The notes under the pieces: generated by a model
Databases searched by the model: none
What the model saw: the letters and a program-made list of their open reading frames with translations, nothing else
Told to the model about the DNA's origin: nothing
Shown: in pieces, positions 1-15,204 of the stretch
Numbering within the stretch: position 1 is the first letter of the stretch
Layout of the letters: each line of letters starts with the position of its first letter
NCBI RefSeq assembly: GCF_018350175.1
Contig: NC_058384.1
Location: 63,674,001 to 63,738,000, forward strand
Source of the DNA: Felis catus
Lineage: Eukaryota
DNA: 64,000 nt
Direction of reading: 5' to 3'
Translations under genes and position numbers: made by a program

Positions 1-970
1 AGACGATGAGATCAAGAGGCTACAGTATCACGGGATTCCTTCCAGAGTCGGAAGAGGGCCTAGCGACACTTCAGTCCTGCCTGCCGCCAGACCACTTCCG
101 GTGGGGCAGGGGAGGAGGGGCTCTGCTCCATAGAGCCCAGAACCACTTTGTTGGTTGGAGTCCGTGTCACTGGCACGGTGCCAGCTCATTTTTAGCCTGT
201 GAAATGTTTTGACCTTCAGCCTCAGCTGACCCAGTTTCCTATCTGTGGCGTGAGGATTTGGGCTTGCTGTGCTAGACCCGTTGCGTCCCCTCCCCCCTTG
301 GCCCCTCCGGGACGAGCTCTCTGAATTCTTGTCCTCTGTATGTGTGTGAAGGACCCAGCGGTTTCTAAACGTACGTGTGCTTTCAGTACCTTCCCAGGCC
401 ATCTTCAGGTCTTGCTTCTGTGTGTCCCAGATGGGGTTTGTTTCTCTCCAGGTCCTGATTATTTGGTTCCGTTCTTTTCCTAATGACGGGGACAGGTGGA
501 GGGGTCGGGGTGAGGGAGTTGAGGCAGCTCGGCCGCCGTTCTAGATAAGAGTTGCTGAGCTTGGGTCCGCGACTCTCGGTCTTGCCCTGTCCTTTTGATC
601 AGATGGCTCCTCTCCCTGCCCTTCCTGGACTGCCAGGGCGCTTCCCGTTAGCCACGTAGAGAGCAAAGGTGGGACGTGCGAACCCACCTCTGCCCGTTGT
701 TTAACGAGGCCCCAGGGTTTGGATGCACTGGCACCAGCCCCAGGCTTTGGATACATCCAGGTTCTACGTTCTCTTGTGCCACTTCCTTCTTTCTCTTTGA
801 CTTTCTCTCTCCTTCCAGTACGTGGCACTTTTTTGCCTAACCGGTGAGAGTGGCTCTCTGTGTACAGCAACACGTAATCGCTTCCTTGCTGGCCGGACGT
901 AGCTCCTGTTGGCCTGTCAGGAGCTTTCCTCCACTCCGGATCCTCCACGGTGCCCTCACTTTTCCCATAG

Positions 971-1479
971 GGTACGTCTGGCTGGGATGAAGATCTCGCG
1001 CCCCCCGACATCCGTGGGGCACTATAAGATGGTGAAGCACCGAGGAGACAAGGGAAATGAGGAAAACCCCCACAGGTAGGGAGGACCGCCCGCGAACGGT
1101 GACTGGGCCCTGAGGGTTCTGCATCCCAGCCAGGAAACGCCTAGAGGTCCCTAAGTCCCCGGCTGTTTCTCTCTGGGCCTTAGTTCTCCAACCTCTGACC
1201 CTCAGATTTGACCTCCTGGTCCGTACCCAGAATTCTTGGACACAAGATGGGATGAACTCACTGACGTACCGGCTGCTGGCTCGAGAGCTGGGCCCTCTCT
1301 ATACCAACATCACAGCAGACATTGGAACTGACCCTCGGGGTCCCCGGACTCCCTCTGGGCCCCGTTACCCACCTGGTTCCTCCCAGGCCTTCCGCCAAGA
1401 GATGCTGCAGCGCCGGCCCCCAGCCAGGCCTGGCCCTCTGCCTACTGCCAACCACACGGCCCCCCAGGGCTCACACTGA
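971..1479 (+). CDS. B4GALT3: Beta-1,4-galactosyltransferase 3, last two coding exons (971-1075, 1206-1479); 5' part lies outside the window
   Basis: AG/GT-bounded exons translate to (R)[35 protein letters not shown] / [45 protein letters not shown]...QGSH*, the GT7 C-terminus with the B4GALT3 Pro-rich tail. Adjacent to PPOX as expected. Confidence 0.95.
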
Positions 1480-1966
1480 CTCCTCCTTCCTGCCCACCTC
1501 AATCATGAAACTGAATCCGAGGGGTCGTATTCTCCCCGCCCTCGGCTCCTCGCTGCTCTCAGAGGGGACGTGGGGGAACTGAACTCCAGTGCTGGGCTGG
1601 AGGCAAGGGCCTCTCCTCACTGCTGGACTGGAGCTGGGCTCCTTTAGACCTGGGGGTCCCTCTTTCTAGGGTCGCCTGCCAGGGCTTATGACTGTGAATC
1701 CTTGATGTCATGATTTTATGTGATGACTCCTGAGAGTCCCCGGCCCCAGGGGTAAGAGCAGGGCTGGACCCCAAGTCCCTTCCTCTTCCAGGAGAGAAGA
1801 GTGATCCGGCTTTTCCTGGGACCTCTGTGAATATTTATTCTATTTATGGTTCCGAGGAAGTAATGTTTGGTGAAGGAAACCTCTCCCTGGGTACTTTTCT
1901 GCCAGTGCTGGAGTAGCTTCCTCTTCTGGACCTGGCGCAGGGGGCTGGGATTTTGATATATTTTCT

Positions 1967-1972
1967 AATAAA
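1967..1972 (+). terminator. B4GALT3 polyadenylation signal AATAAA
   Basis: AATAAA ~490 nt after the stop, preceded by a U-rich tract. Confidence 0.75.
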
Positions 1973-2102
1973 GGACTTTGTCTTGCCTCTGCTCCCGCTT
2001 GCTGCCTCCCAGGCACCTCGTGCCTCTCTCTGCGACCTGCCCCCCTGCCGCCTCGTGCCTGGAGGTGACAGAACAACCAGACCCAGCCAAGCTGCAGCAA
2101 CT

Positions 2103-2108
2103 TTTATT
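2103..2108 (-). terminator. PPOX polyadenylation signal AATAAA (minus strand)
   Basis: TTTATT on plus, ~55 nt downstream of the PPOX stop. Confidence 0.75.
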
Positions 2109-2162
2109 CTCGTGGGTCAAGAACTGCCGCCAGCGGGGCCAGGAGGAGGTGGGAGTTGGGGA

Positions 2163-6500
<4,338 letters not shown>

Positions 6501-6552
6501 ATCTGCCCCCTAAGCACAAATACAGAGAAGGACATCACTTTTTCTTAATAAA

Positions 6553-6558
6553 TTTATT
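6553..6558 (-). terminator. USP21 polyadenylation signal AATAAA (minus strand)
   Basis: TTTATT on plus ~260 nt after the USP21 stop; part of the palindrome AATAAATTTATT. Confidence 0.7.
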
Positions 6559-6817
6559 CACAAAAAGTGAGGTTGTAGAGGGTCTGGGGGCTGTACACGG
6601 GCAGGGACCTGGGCAGCTCTGTACATGGGGCTGGGAGACGAGGGAGCCTCCAGGTGGAAGGGTACTTCTTAATAAAAAAAATAATGGGAGCTACAACCAC
6701 CGCCTCCCCCCTCCCCGATTAAAAAGACACAAAAATAGACGTCTCTGAGGTAAATGGGGAGCCTGGGGCTTAAGGGTGTTGAAAGGGCGTCACAGGTGCC
6801 AGGGCGTAAAGGGGGTG

Positions 6818-9800
6818 TCACAGGCACCGGGGTGGCTCCTGCATCAGTTGGTAGAACAGCACGTAGCCCTCACTGGACGCCACCTGGTTTTCACTGACAG
6901 GGGAGACACTGGGAGGAGGGGAGAGGGGACGGGGCTTGTGACCGCTCCTGGGTCTTCCCTCCTCCCCGCAAGATCAACCTGGGGCATCTAGGAAGAGCAC
7001 CCTGCCCTTCTGGGGCTTCACATGGGGGACAGGGGAGCGGCGGTGGGGATGGGGCAGGAACGGGGTGGGGGGGGGGCGGGTCTCACCGAGAATCATTGTA
7101 GACGTGCCAGCCAGTCTGGCACCGGCACAGGGCCGTGTAGTGGCCGTAGTGGACGCTGCCCGAGTGGTTGCAAAGGGCATACAGCTGATAGATGGGGCTT
7201 CCTGTAGGGTGAGAGTCGACCACATTCCAGGGCCAGAGCTGGGCCCGCTCCGGCCCGCTCTCCCTCCCCTTCAGAGGAGCTCTTCAGGACCTTCCCTTCC
7301 AGACTTACCGGCTTTGTCACTGGCAAAGTCCCCTAGGCTCAGTCGCTGCAGCGGGAAGTCTACACCTACTGAACTTTTCTTGATGGAGCCTCGGGAGGCA
7401 GAGAATCGATTAAGATCTAAGCCCTGGTTAAGGAGCATGTGTGTGGCGGGGGGGGGGGGGGTGCGGGGGGCAGAGGGCATTTGAAGGGGACTGAATGCTG
7501 TCCATTCCCCTCCGGGAGCAGGGCAGGAAAAGGCGGAGTGGCAGGCTTTTCCTAAGGAAAACTCGATTGCCAAACGTCCAGCCTCGGCACACATGGAAAA
7601 TGAGGGGGGCCAACCGGATGGGACAAATAAGAATTTGAAGATTAGGATACGGAGCACGAGGATTCGGGGGAATCTTTGTACTGTCAACTTTTTGGTACTT
7701 CGTGTTTTCTGCCGACATCGATCACACACCTGAATGAATGTCAAATAACGTCATGTTAATGTGCTCCGCCCCTCAGCCGGCTTTTCTGACACCTTAACTC
7801 ACAAATTTATCGCGCTTCCCATTACTCCCTTCTCCCCGGGGCCACTCCCCTGCGCCCTAGGATTCCTAGGCCGTATCTGAGAGCCCAACACAAACCCAGA
7901 CATACAAATATTATGCCCATATCAAAGCATCATGCGACCCCTTTTACTCAGATGGGCCCCCTCCCCAGGCCTCCCACCCTTACTGTATCCCTTGTGGAAC
8001 CCCACATACTGGAGCATTCTCTGACTCCAGCTCTTCTTCCTTGGTGAAAAGGTTGAAACAATCCCGCAGAGATACCTTGCCCCCGGCAAATCCTTTCTGG
8101 GGGGGGGGAAACAGGAATGAAAGGTCAGCATGTTCTGGATTTGCTCCTCCAACTCGTCTCCATCAAGCCAGGCTTCAGTGCTTCTCCAGACCCCCACAGG
8201 GTTCCCTCCCACGCTCTGGGGGTGGGCAGGGACGGGTCACAGAACCCATGTCCCATCCAACCCTGGNNNNNNNNNNNNNNNNNNNNNNNNNNNNNNNNNN
8301 NNNNNNNNNNNNNNNNNNNNNNNNNNNNNNNNNNNNNNNNNNNNNNNNNNNNNNNNNNNNNNNNNNNNNNNNNNNNNNNNNNNNNNNNNNNNNNNNNNNN
8401 NNNNNNNNNNNNNNGACAGTCATTCTGGGCTGCCAGAGGTGCTCCCTTGGCCCCTCCTCTCTTCCCACCCCTCTTCCTGACCCTTCTTTTCCTAACCCCC
8501 TCGCCCCTCGTCCGCATTTTCACCCTCTAGTCTCGCTCCCACACCCCTTCATGGTATCAGTCTTTCTCCCAAGCCCGCACCCCTCCCCCACGCTGATTTG
8601 CCCACGTGGCTTTGCCCGGTTCCGTACCCACAATCTTGCTGTCTTCTCGCTCCAGGTAACGCTTCCACATTAGGTTGGCTCGGTCATCATCACTACCACA
8701 GGTCAAGGGAAGCGAGGAGCACCCATGAGACGGCGGGGACACCGGGGGGCCCCCCAACACCACGGAAACGACTCGCACCGCCCTGCACCCCACCCACCCC
8801 CAGCTCCTTCTCTACATTTCAAAGAAGCGTCAAAGGAGTAGGTCAAAGGAGTAACGCTTCAGAAGGCTCAGCCGGCTTTCCGGGGAAATCCAAGGTGAGG
8901 GAAAAGAAGGGAATAAGGAAGGACAGGGAAAGAACAGCTGTCTTCACCTGGCTTGAAACTCTTTAGGTCCCTGGTTGTAAATTATCCCCTCTGCCTCAAC
9001 CCAGGGCCATCCCAGCACTGCCCTCTGCCTCCAGCCGTACCCTTGGCCTCCCTGCCTCCTCCGACCTCTTCGCCGCTTCTCAAACCAGCTTCCGGGCTAA
9101 GCGGTTCCCTGGACCCTACATCCTCCATCTGGACTAGCCCACTTCTGTGTGGGGTGAAGGCTGCCAAGCGTGTCCGGGAAGGTGAAGGAGGGAGAGTGAC
9201 CTCACCTCAGCTCCGGTTCTTCTAGCAGAGCCCCCCCGCGGCGGGGCTGAGAGGCAGCTGCACCACTGGCCAAGATGGGTGCAGCCCGGCGGCCGCGTCG
9301 GTTGATTTCGAGGTGCAGCCGCTCCATGAGGAGCTTCAGGAACTCTTGGGCATCCTGCTGGCTGCGGCCAGAAACAGGGTGTGGGCCACCGACCCCCACC
9401 TGGTCCCCAGACACGACCCCCCGCCCGCACGTCGGTGCCCACTTCTCGGATGAAGGACATCCGAGGGCCCCGACCAACGCTGCCAGGGCCCCTTCTCGGC
9501 CCAGAGAGGAGCCTCCTCCCCTCCGGCTCTCCCACCTGTATCCAGAGAAGGAGGGAACGTATTTCTGGAAGACAGCTCGGAATCGGGTGGGATTCACAGC
9601 TTCACAGGAGTCAGGATGCCACAGGGCACCGATCACATCCGCAAAGGCTGTCGGGGCAGGCGTGGGGAGACCAAGGTTAGTGACTAGAAGAGGCGGGCCA
9701 GGGGCGGCTCAGAGGGCGGAGAACCACCTCTAGGGAAGCAGGCAGCAGGAAAAACAGATGGCCAGATGCAAGGTCGGGGCCACCACGACTGGCAGGCGGA

Positions 9801-11616
9801 CCCAGAGGTCGGGGAGAGGACCCGGAAAGGGGGGAGCAAGAGGTGTTGCCCTACCTTCAGTGAGCTCTTGCGCTCGACCCCCTCCAGGCACCTCTTGCCG
9901 GAAGTCCCTCCGCAGACAGAAGTCCCGAAGAGGCCGAGTGCTGCTCAAACACTGTAGCACTGCATTCAGGAAGCACTGGGAGGCGCGAGAGACACGGCCA
10001 TCATTGCTGCAGACCACTGACCTGACGTCTAGAAGGGCTTCAGTGCGCTCCTTCCCCACCTCCCCCAGGTCGGCCCCCCACCACCCCCACCCCCGCACCA
10101 TTTCTCATTCCCGTTAGGGAGGAAGGACAGGAGGCTGGCTCTCACCGTGTTCCCCAGGTTTCGCAGGCCAACGTGACCAGAGCCCAGGAGCAGTGTGTGA
10201 TGAGCCTGGAAGGTCAGAGTGGAGTCAGCGGTTTCCCATCTATCCCGCCCAGCACTCCGACCTTTCAACAGCATGCCGCCCACCGCTTCCCCACCCCTGC
10301 ACCGCACCCCCAAGCTCCACCCTCTTTCCCCCACCAGGTACTGGGGGCTCCCCTACCTCACTGGCCATGAGCATGTAAGCCCATCACAGCTGAGCGCAGC
10401 ACGGACTCGGCCAGGGCTGTCCCACCTGCTCCCCACTTACTCGCCTGCCCAGCTGGCCGGCGCTGCAGCTCCTGGGGCAGCTCCCCAAGCACGGGCATGG
10501 CTGCCCAGCCGCTCCCCATGCCCACCTTGCTTCCCCCAAGGCTTCCCCCACTCCCGCCCCCCGGGGCCCCTTCCTGAGCCCTCTCCTGATGGATACAACT
10601 GCAGTCAACCTAGCTCACTTAGCTTGGGAAATGGACAACCACCCTAACTCAGATGCTCTGAGCCCGCCTCTCTTCAGCTCCAGAGATTAATTAGGCCCAG
10701 GCAGCATCCTAGGAGAGAAGGGGAAGCAAGGGAGAGTAAGGGCCCGGGACCGGGGATGCGGAGAAGAATTCCAAATGGTTGGGTTAATTCTCTGGGGACT
10801 GAAATGGCACACCGTGCTGGGGACTCACAGACACCCCCGAAAAAAAGGTCTGCGAGGCTCGAGGGTACTTAAGTAAGGGAGAGGAGAGTCCAATGAGGGA
10901 CTGGGAAAGGAACTCGGGGAAAAGAGGGAAAGGAAAGCCACCTGATGGCAAGAAAGCTGGAGGCACAGAGGAGCACGGGCACGGAAGGCCACGGGTGCCG
11001 GACAAGTCCTCACCATTTTGTCATCGGAGTAGAAAGACTCAGAGGGCCGGGCCGATATGACGTGAAAGGAGCCATGGGAAGGAGGGGGCTCCGTCCGTAT
11101 ACTGAGCAAGGTTGGGGGACCGGGAAAGCCCCCGAGGCGGCGGAGAGAAGCGCTGCGTCTCAAAGCCGGTGGCTCAGGCCGGAGCGCCAGGCGGCTCAGC
11201 GCAGCCCCGAGCTCCCCAGCGCCACGGTGCCCTCCCAGGGCAATCCCCATAGGCCGCAAGTCCCCACTGCTCACAGACTTGGAACGGGCTAGGTTGGTCC
11301 TGGAAGGGAGAGGCAGAGCCACGGTGGTCGGGGGTGGTGAGCCAGGCAGGGGAACTCCATGATCTGCCCGAAGGGGTCCTCTGGGGCGAGGGCCTGAGGT
11401 CCGACCCCGTCCCAGCTCCAGTTTCTTGAGCCGTTCCTCAGGGGGCCCCGGCCGGGGAGGCAGAGGTCTTAACATGGGGTTCGGCCCAGGGGCTGGGTTT
11501 CGGCGCTCCTTGCTTCGGGCCCGTGGGGCAAATGGTAGCTTGGATCCCACTCGGGGCTGGACATTAACAGGTGGCTCTCGGGTCCGGCCCAGGCGGTGCT
11601 CAGAGGCCTGGGGCAT
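6818..11616 (-). CDS. USP21: Ubiquitin-specific peptidase 21; 11 visible coding exons plus one inferred exon hidden in N-gap 8267-8414
   Basis: Exons 11014-11616 (MPQASEHRLG...), 10146-10205, 9855-9975, 9536-9647, 9206-9361, 8628-8692, [gap], 8010-8096, 7651-7729, 7309-7416, 7087-7201, 6818-6908. Cys box GLRNLGNTCFLN, QQDAQEFL, His box GHYTA...YNDS, end YVLFYQLMQEPPRCL*. Confidence 0.96.
7417..7650 (-). other. U12-type (minor spliceosome) GT-AG intron in USP21
   Basis: 5' splice site GTATCCT; branch point TCCTTAAC (plus 7427-7434) ~8 nt before the terminal AG; no polypyrimidine tract; splicing restores ILVLH-LNRF. Confidence 0.9.
8267..8414. other. Assembly gap (148 N) inside USP21
   Basis: N run. 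Confidence 0.99.
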
Positions 11617-12099
11617 CGTGGACACCACAGGCTGGACCTGGGAGGAGAAGAGAGGGTCAGTATTTGCACGTGGAGGGAGGTGGGAACCAGGGTTACCACA
11701 CTAGCTTCTACATACTCCACAGGCAGGAACCCCGTCTGTCATGTCAGTCACTGTATCCCCAGCACCTCGCATCGTATTGGGCACAAAGTAAATACTCAGT
11801 ATCCGTTGAGTAAGTGAATGAATGACAGCAGCCCCCCGCGTTGGCTCTTTCTGTATTCCTCGTCCCCTTCCTGCAGAACACAGCTTGACTGAAAAGCCAA
11901 GGGTAGTCTCGATCTCGGCGGTCTTTATGATCTAAACGCTCATGACGAGGGCCCCCATACCCGGCTAGTCAACGGGAGGTGCCCTGGGTCACTCAGAACC
12001 TCTGGACAAACGAGGGTGTGGATGTAAGGAAAACAGCCCCAAAGACGGCGTCCCACCCTCAAACCCCTGCCTGCCCTCCGGGCTGCACTGGAGCGGACT

Positions 12100-12780
12100 A
12101 AATGGGTGCCTTGCGAATCACTCCCTCCCCCACCTCTGAGCTGCAACGAGGTGTTGGGGCTCAGGGGCAGTGGCGGGGAGGGAGGTCGAACAAGACCCTC
12201 ATCTCCGCACCTCTCCCACCACGGCAGGGCTTCAGCCGGGTCCGCCCCCCTCGAGGGCAGAAAGGCCGAGGCCGCTGATTGGCTACGGGGTCCGGCGGCG
12301 TAGTCCCTGCGGTCCACGGATGCTGTCCCTCCAGCCCGGATCCCCCAGGCCTGCTGGGCCCCCCGCGCCCTGCCTTTGTGGAGGGCGTCCTTTCGGGTCT
12401 GGAGCGGTCTTCCCGCGGCCTCCCCCCCACGCCATAGCGCCCCGGCCCGTACCTGTCCCCCGGTGAGGCGACGGGGGAGGCCAGCCGGGGCCAAGCCCCA
12501 GCTCAGGGCCACCCCCTACTACCCCCGTGCAGCCCCCCCGAGGGCCGGGCTGCAGCTTTAGCTGCAGCTGTTGCCCAGATCTCTCCCGCCGCAGGGGCCG
12601 CCGCCATCTTTGTTGGTCCCGCCCGGCCACCGGCCACCGGCTTCACCGCCTCTCACGGCGCCTGCGCACCCACACTCGGAATCCACCCACCTCCTTCCTC
12701 GGCGCTTGCGTGAACCCGCCCCCTTGGCTCCGCCGCCGACACCATGGAAACGCAGCCAACTTTAGGACCGCCGGTTCCCA
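12100..12780 (-). promoter_or_regulatory. CpG island / USP21 promoter and non-coding exon 1 (donor at 12452)
   Basis: CpG-rich; YY1 motif CCGCCATCTT 12601-12610; donor GACAG|gtacgg on minus strand. Confidence 0.7.
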
Positions 12781-13467
12781 GATCTGCTTTGAATGGTTTT
12801 TAAACCGTCTCTCCAAAGCAAGTCCCTGCAGCCATAGGGGTCCTGTGACCATAGGGATGAAGATCCGAGGGTCGTAGTATGGCCCCCAGGCTTGCAGACA
12901 GATCCTTGCCGGAGAGCCCGGGTGCCAGTATGGGAAGCTGCGATGCTTGGGTCCGGCCCGCAGACCGGCGAAGCACCCAGCACTCCACACAGGGATGGAA
13001 AGATCCCTGGAGGGCGGGGAACGCTGGTCCTGCAAAACCATTCCTCAGGCATCTTGCAGACCAAAGCAGTAGGCACCCCGCTAAAGGACACCAGCAGATC
13101 TCTGCAAGCAGATCTCAGCAGGAGGGAGAGCTGTCAAGATTTCATTTCCCAGCTCCTCACCACAGCACCCCCCATCTTCCCCTCTCTCCACACTAAGGTC
13201 GTTGTACATGTGCCTTGGGTCTCAGCCAGCTCACCGTCTCTTCACAGTCACCAAAGAGAACCACGGGTCATCAGAGGAAGCAGCTTTTATTGATGAGTTA
13301 TCTCCAGAGACCAAAAAGACTATGCACCCACTTTCCAGCCTGCTTCCCATCCTTCCTGGATCTCACATTGTTCCACCTGGGGAAGGGATATGAATTGCCT
13401 TGGTTTTCCAAAGCCCCCGTCTTTCCCCTCCCTGTGTAGCCTTAGAAATTCAGTGGCGATGGTGTTG

Positions 13468-13473
13468 TTTATT
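13468..13473 (-). terminator. UFC1 polyadenylation signal (a second candidate lies at ~13287)
   Basis: TTTATT on plus ~155 nt after the UFC1 stop. Confidence 0.6.
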
Positions 13474-13627
13474 TTTTTCAGCAATGCCTGATGCGGCTAC
13501 TTAGTAACAATTATGGGTGGAGGGGCTTGGGGGGGAAGCAGGCGGATGAGTAGGAGTGAGGCACAGAAACAGGAACAGAACATAGCCCGTCAAAGGTCCC
13601 TCTGTCCTGCCTCAGTGGCTTGATCCT

Positions 13628-15164
13628 TCATGGGTTGCCTTTCTCTTTATGCTGAATCACGCCCTTCTGAATCAGATCGGGGATTTCCACTGCCAGCCAT
13701 GGACCCAGCTGCAACACAAGGGAGACCCTGTGAGATTACCACCACCGAGTCAAGTGCCTCTTGTCCCATCAGAAGCTCCTTCCTAGACAGACTTTTATGA
13801 GCGTGCCCACGGAAAACACTGTTATTCCCTGTTTACTCTCAGTTGCTTTTCTTACATTGCTCAGTGCCTAATTCCTCTCCCTCCCCTAATATGCCAAATA
13901 ACCCAAACTTACCCCCAGAGCCATGAGATGAGCTAGTCCAAACTTGGGCACGTTCCTGGCCCACAAAGGCTTAAAGTGATCAGTCAGGCATATTTTGCCA
14001 CCCCTATGAGAGGGACAGGAGGAAGAAGGTGTTGACATGCAAGGTTTACCCTAAAGCATAGCAGCCTCTTGGAAGCACAAGATGACAGCCAGTGATCAGA
14101 ATTAGGCACAAGGTTAGCTGAGCACTTTGCCCAGGTGCGGTAGAGGGGAGCCTGGAGGCCTTCTAGGCGCTAGGACAATTGTTGTCTCCCAGAGGTCTTC
14201 CCTAAGGCCTCTTAGACCTTTTCCCACCTCCTTTTGAGTCCTACCTGTACATCTTTGCTGTTTTTCCATCCAGTTCAGGGACTGCAATTTCTGGAGCAGT
14301 AGTGGGGTATGTGATAGGAATCTGGAGGAAATATAAGGCCTTAATGACACAAGCATCGGGATAGAAAGGAACTAATCTAATCACACGTATCTCTTGGTTG
14401 AACTGAAATGTGCGACAAACCCCCCAAGCAGCATGCCGACGCAGGGATGCTGGACGTGGAGAGGAGGAGCTGTCCTCTATGCTTGCTCCAACCCTTAGCG
14501 TTTCCCTCCCATTTTGAAAGTTTTCTCTGGTTCCTCCAAGAAAGGTTAGCTTGTTAACAGCCACCTAATCCCTCCCCTTCCACTAACTTCCATATCTCCC
14601 ATTCCATCAGACTTACGTCAAACTCAATGTCAAACTCATATTTGAGCAGGTCATGGATGTACCAGCATTTTCCAAACCACCTGTAACAAAGACCAAACGT
14701 CAGTCCAATCTGCCCATTCTTCTCGTGCTCAAATAACATCTTCTTGGCTTAGGTGATCAGCCTGGGAGACTCATGGGATGGGAACTGGGGCACTCTGGAC
14801 TGTGGGCGGGAGACAGCTAACAGGAGGCAGGGAAGGCCTGGCAGTGGGCTTTGGGACATTAAAGTGCTCAAGCCATGTAAGATTCCCACTCCCCCAAACG
14901 ACCGAGAGGGTCTGCCTACCGAGTCCCTTCCTTGTTGGACTCCAGTCGGAACCAATCATTGTCGGCATTCTTGTTGTTCTCCACGTACTAAAAGCAGAGA
15001 ATGAGGTCTTTGAGGAGGGAGTTGAGGCCAAGGGCAGTCCTCTTCCCTCAACAGAAAAGGGTGTGTGGTTACTTTCTTAGTGTGTACCCAACTTTTTTTT
15101 TTTTTAAAGCTCATTTATTTTGAGAGAGCATGCACACAAGTGGGGGAGGAGGAGAGATAAAGGC

Positions 15165-15204
<40 letters not shown>

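Noticed and set aside
541-1011. 156-aa minus-strand ORF in a B4GALT3 intron
   Set aside because: No recognisable domain, non-ATG start, antisense to an exon
8097-8627. USP21 as a pseudogene because an exon is missing
   Set aside because: The missing exon coincides with an N-gap large enough to hold it; all other exons are intact
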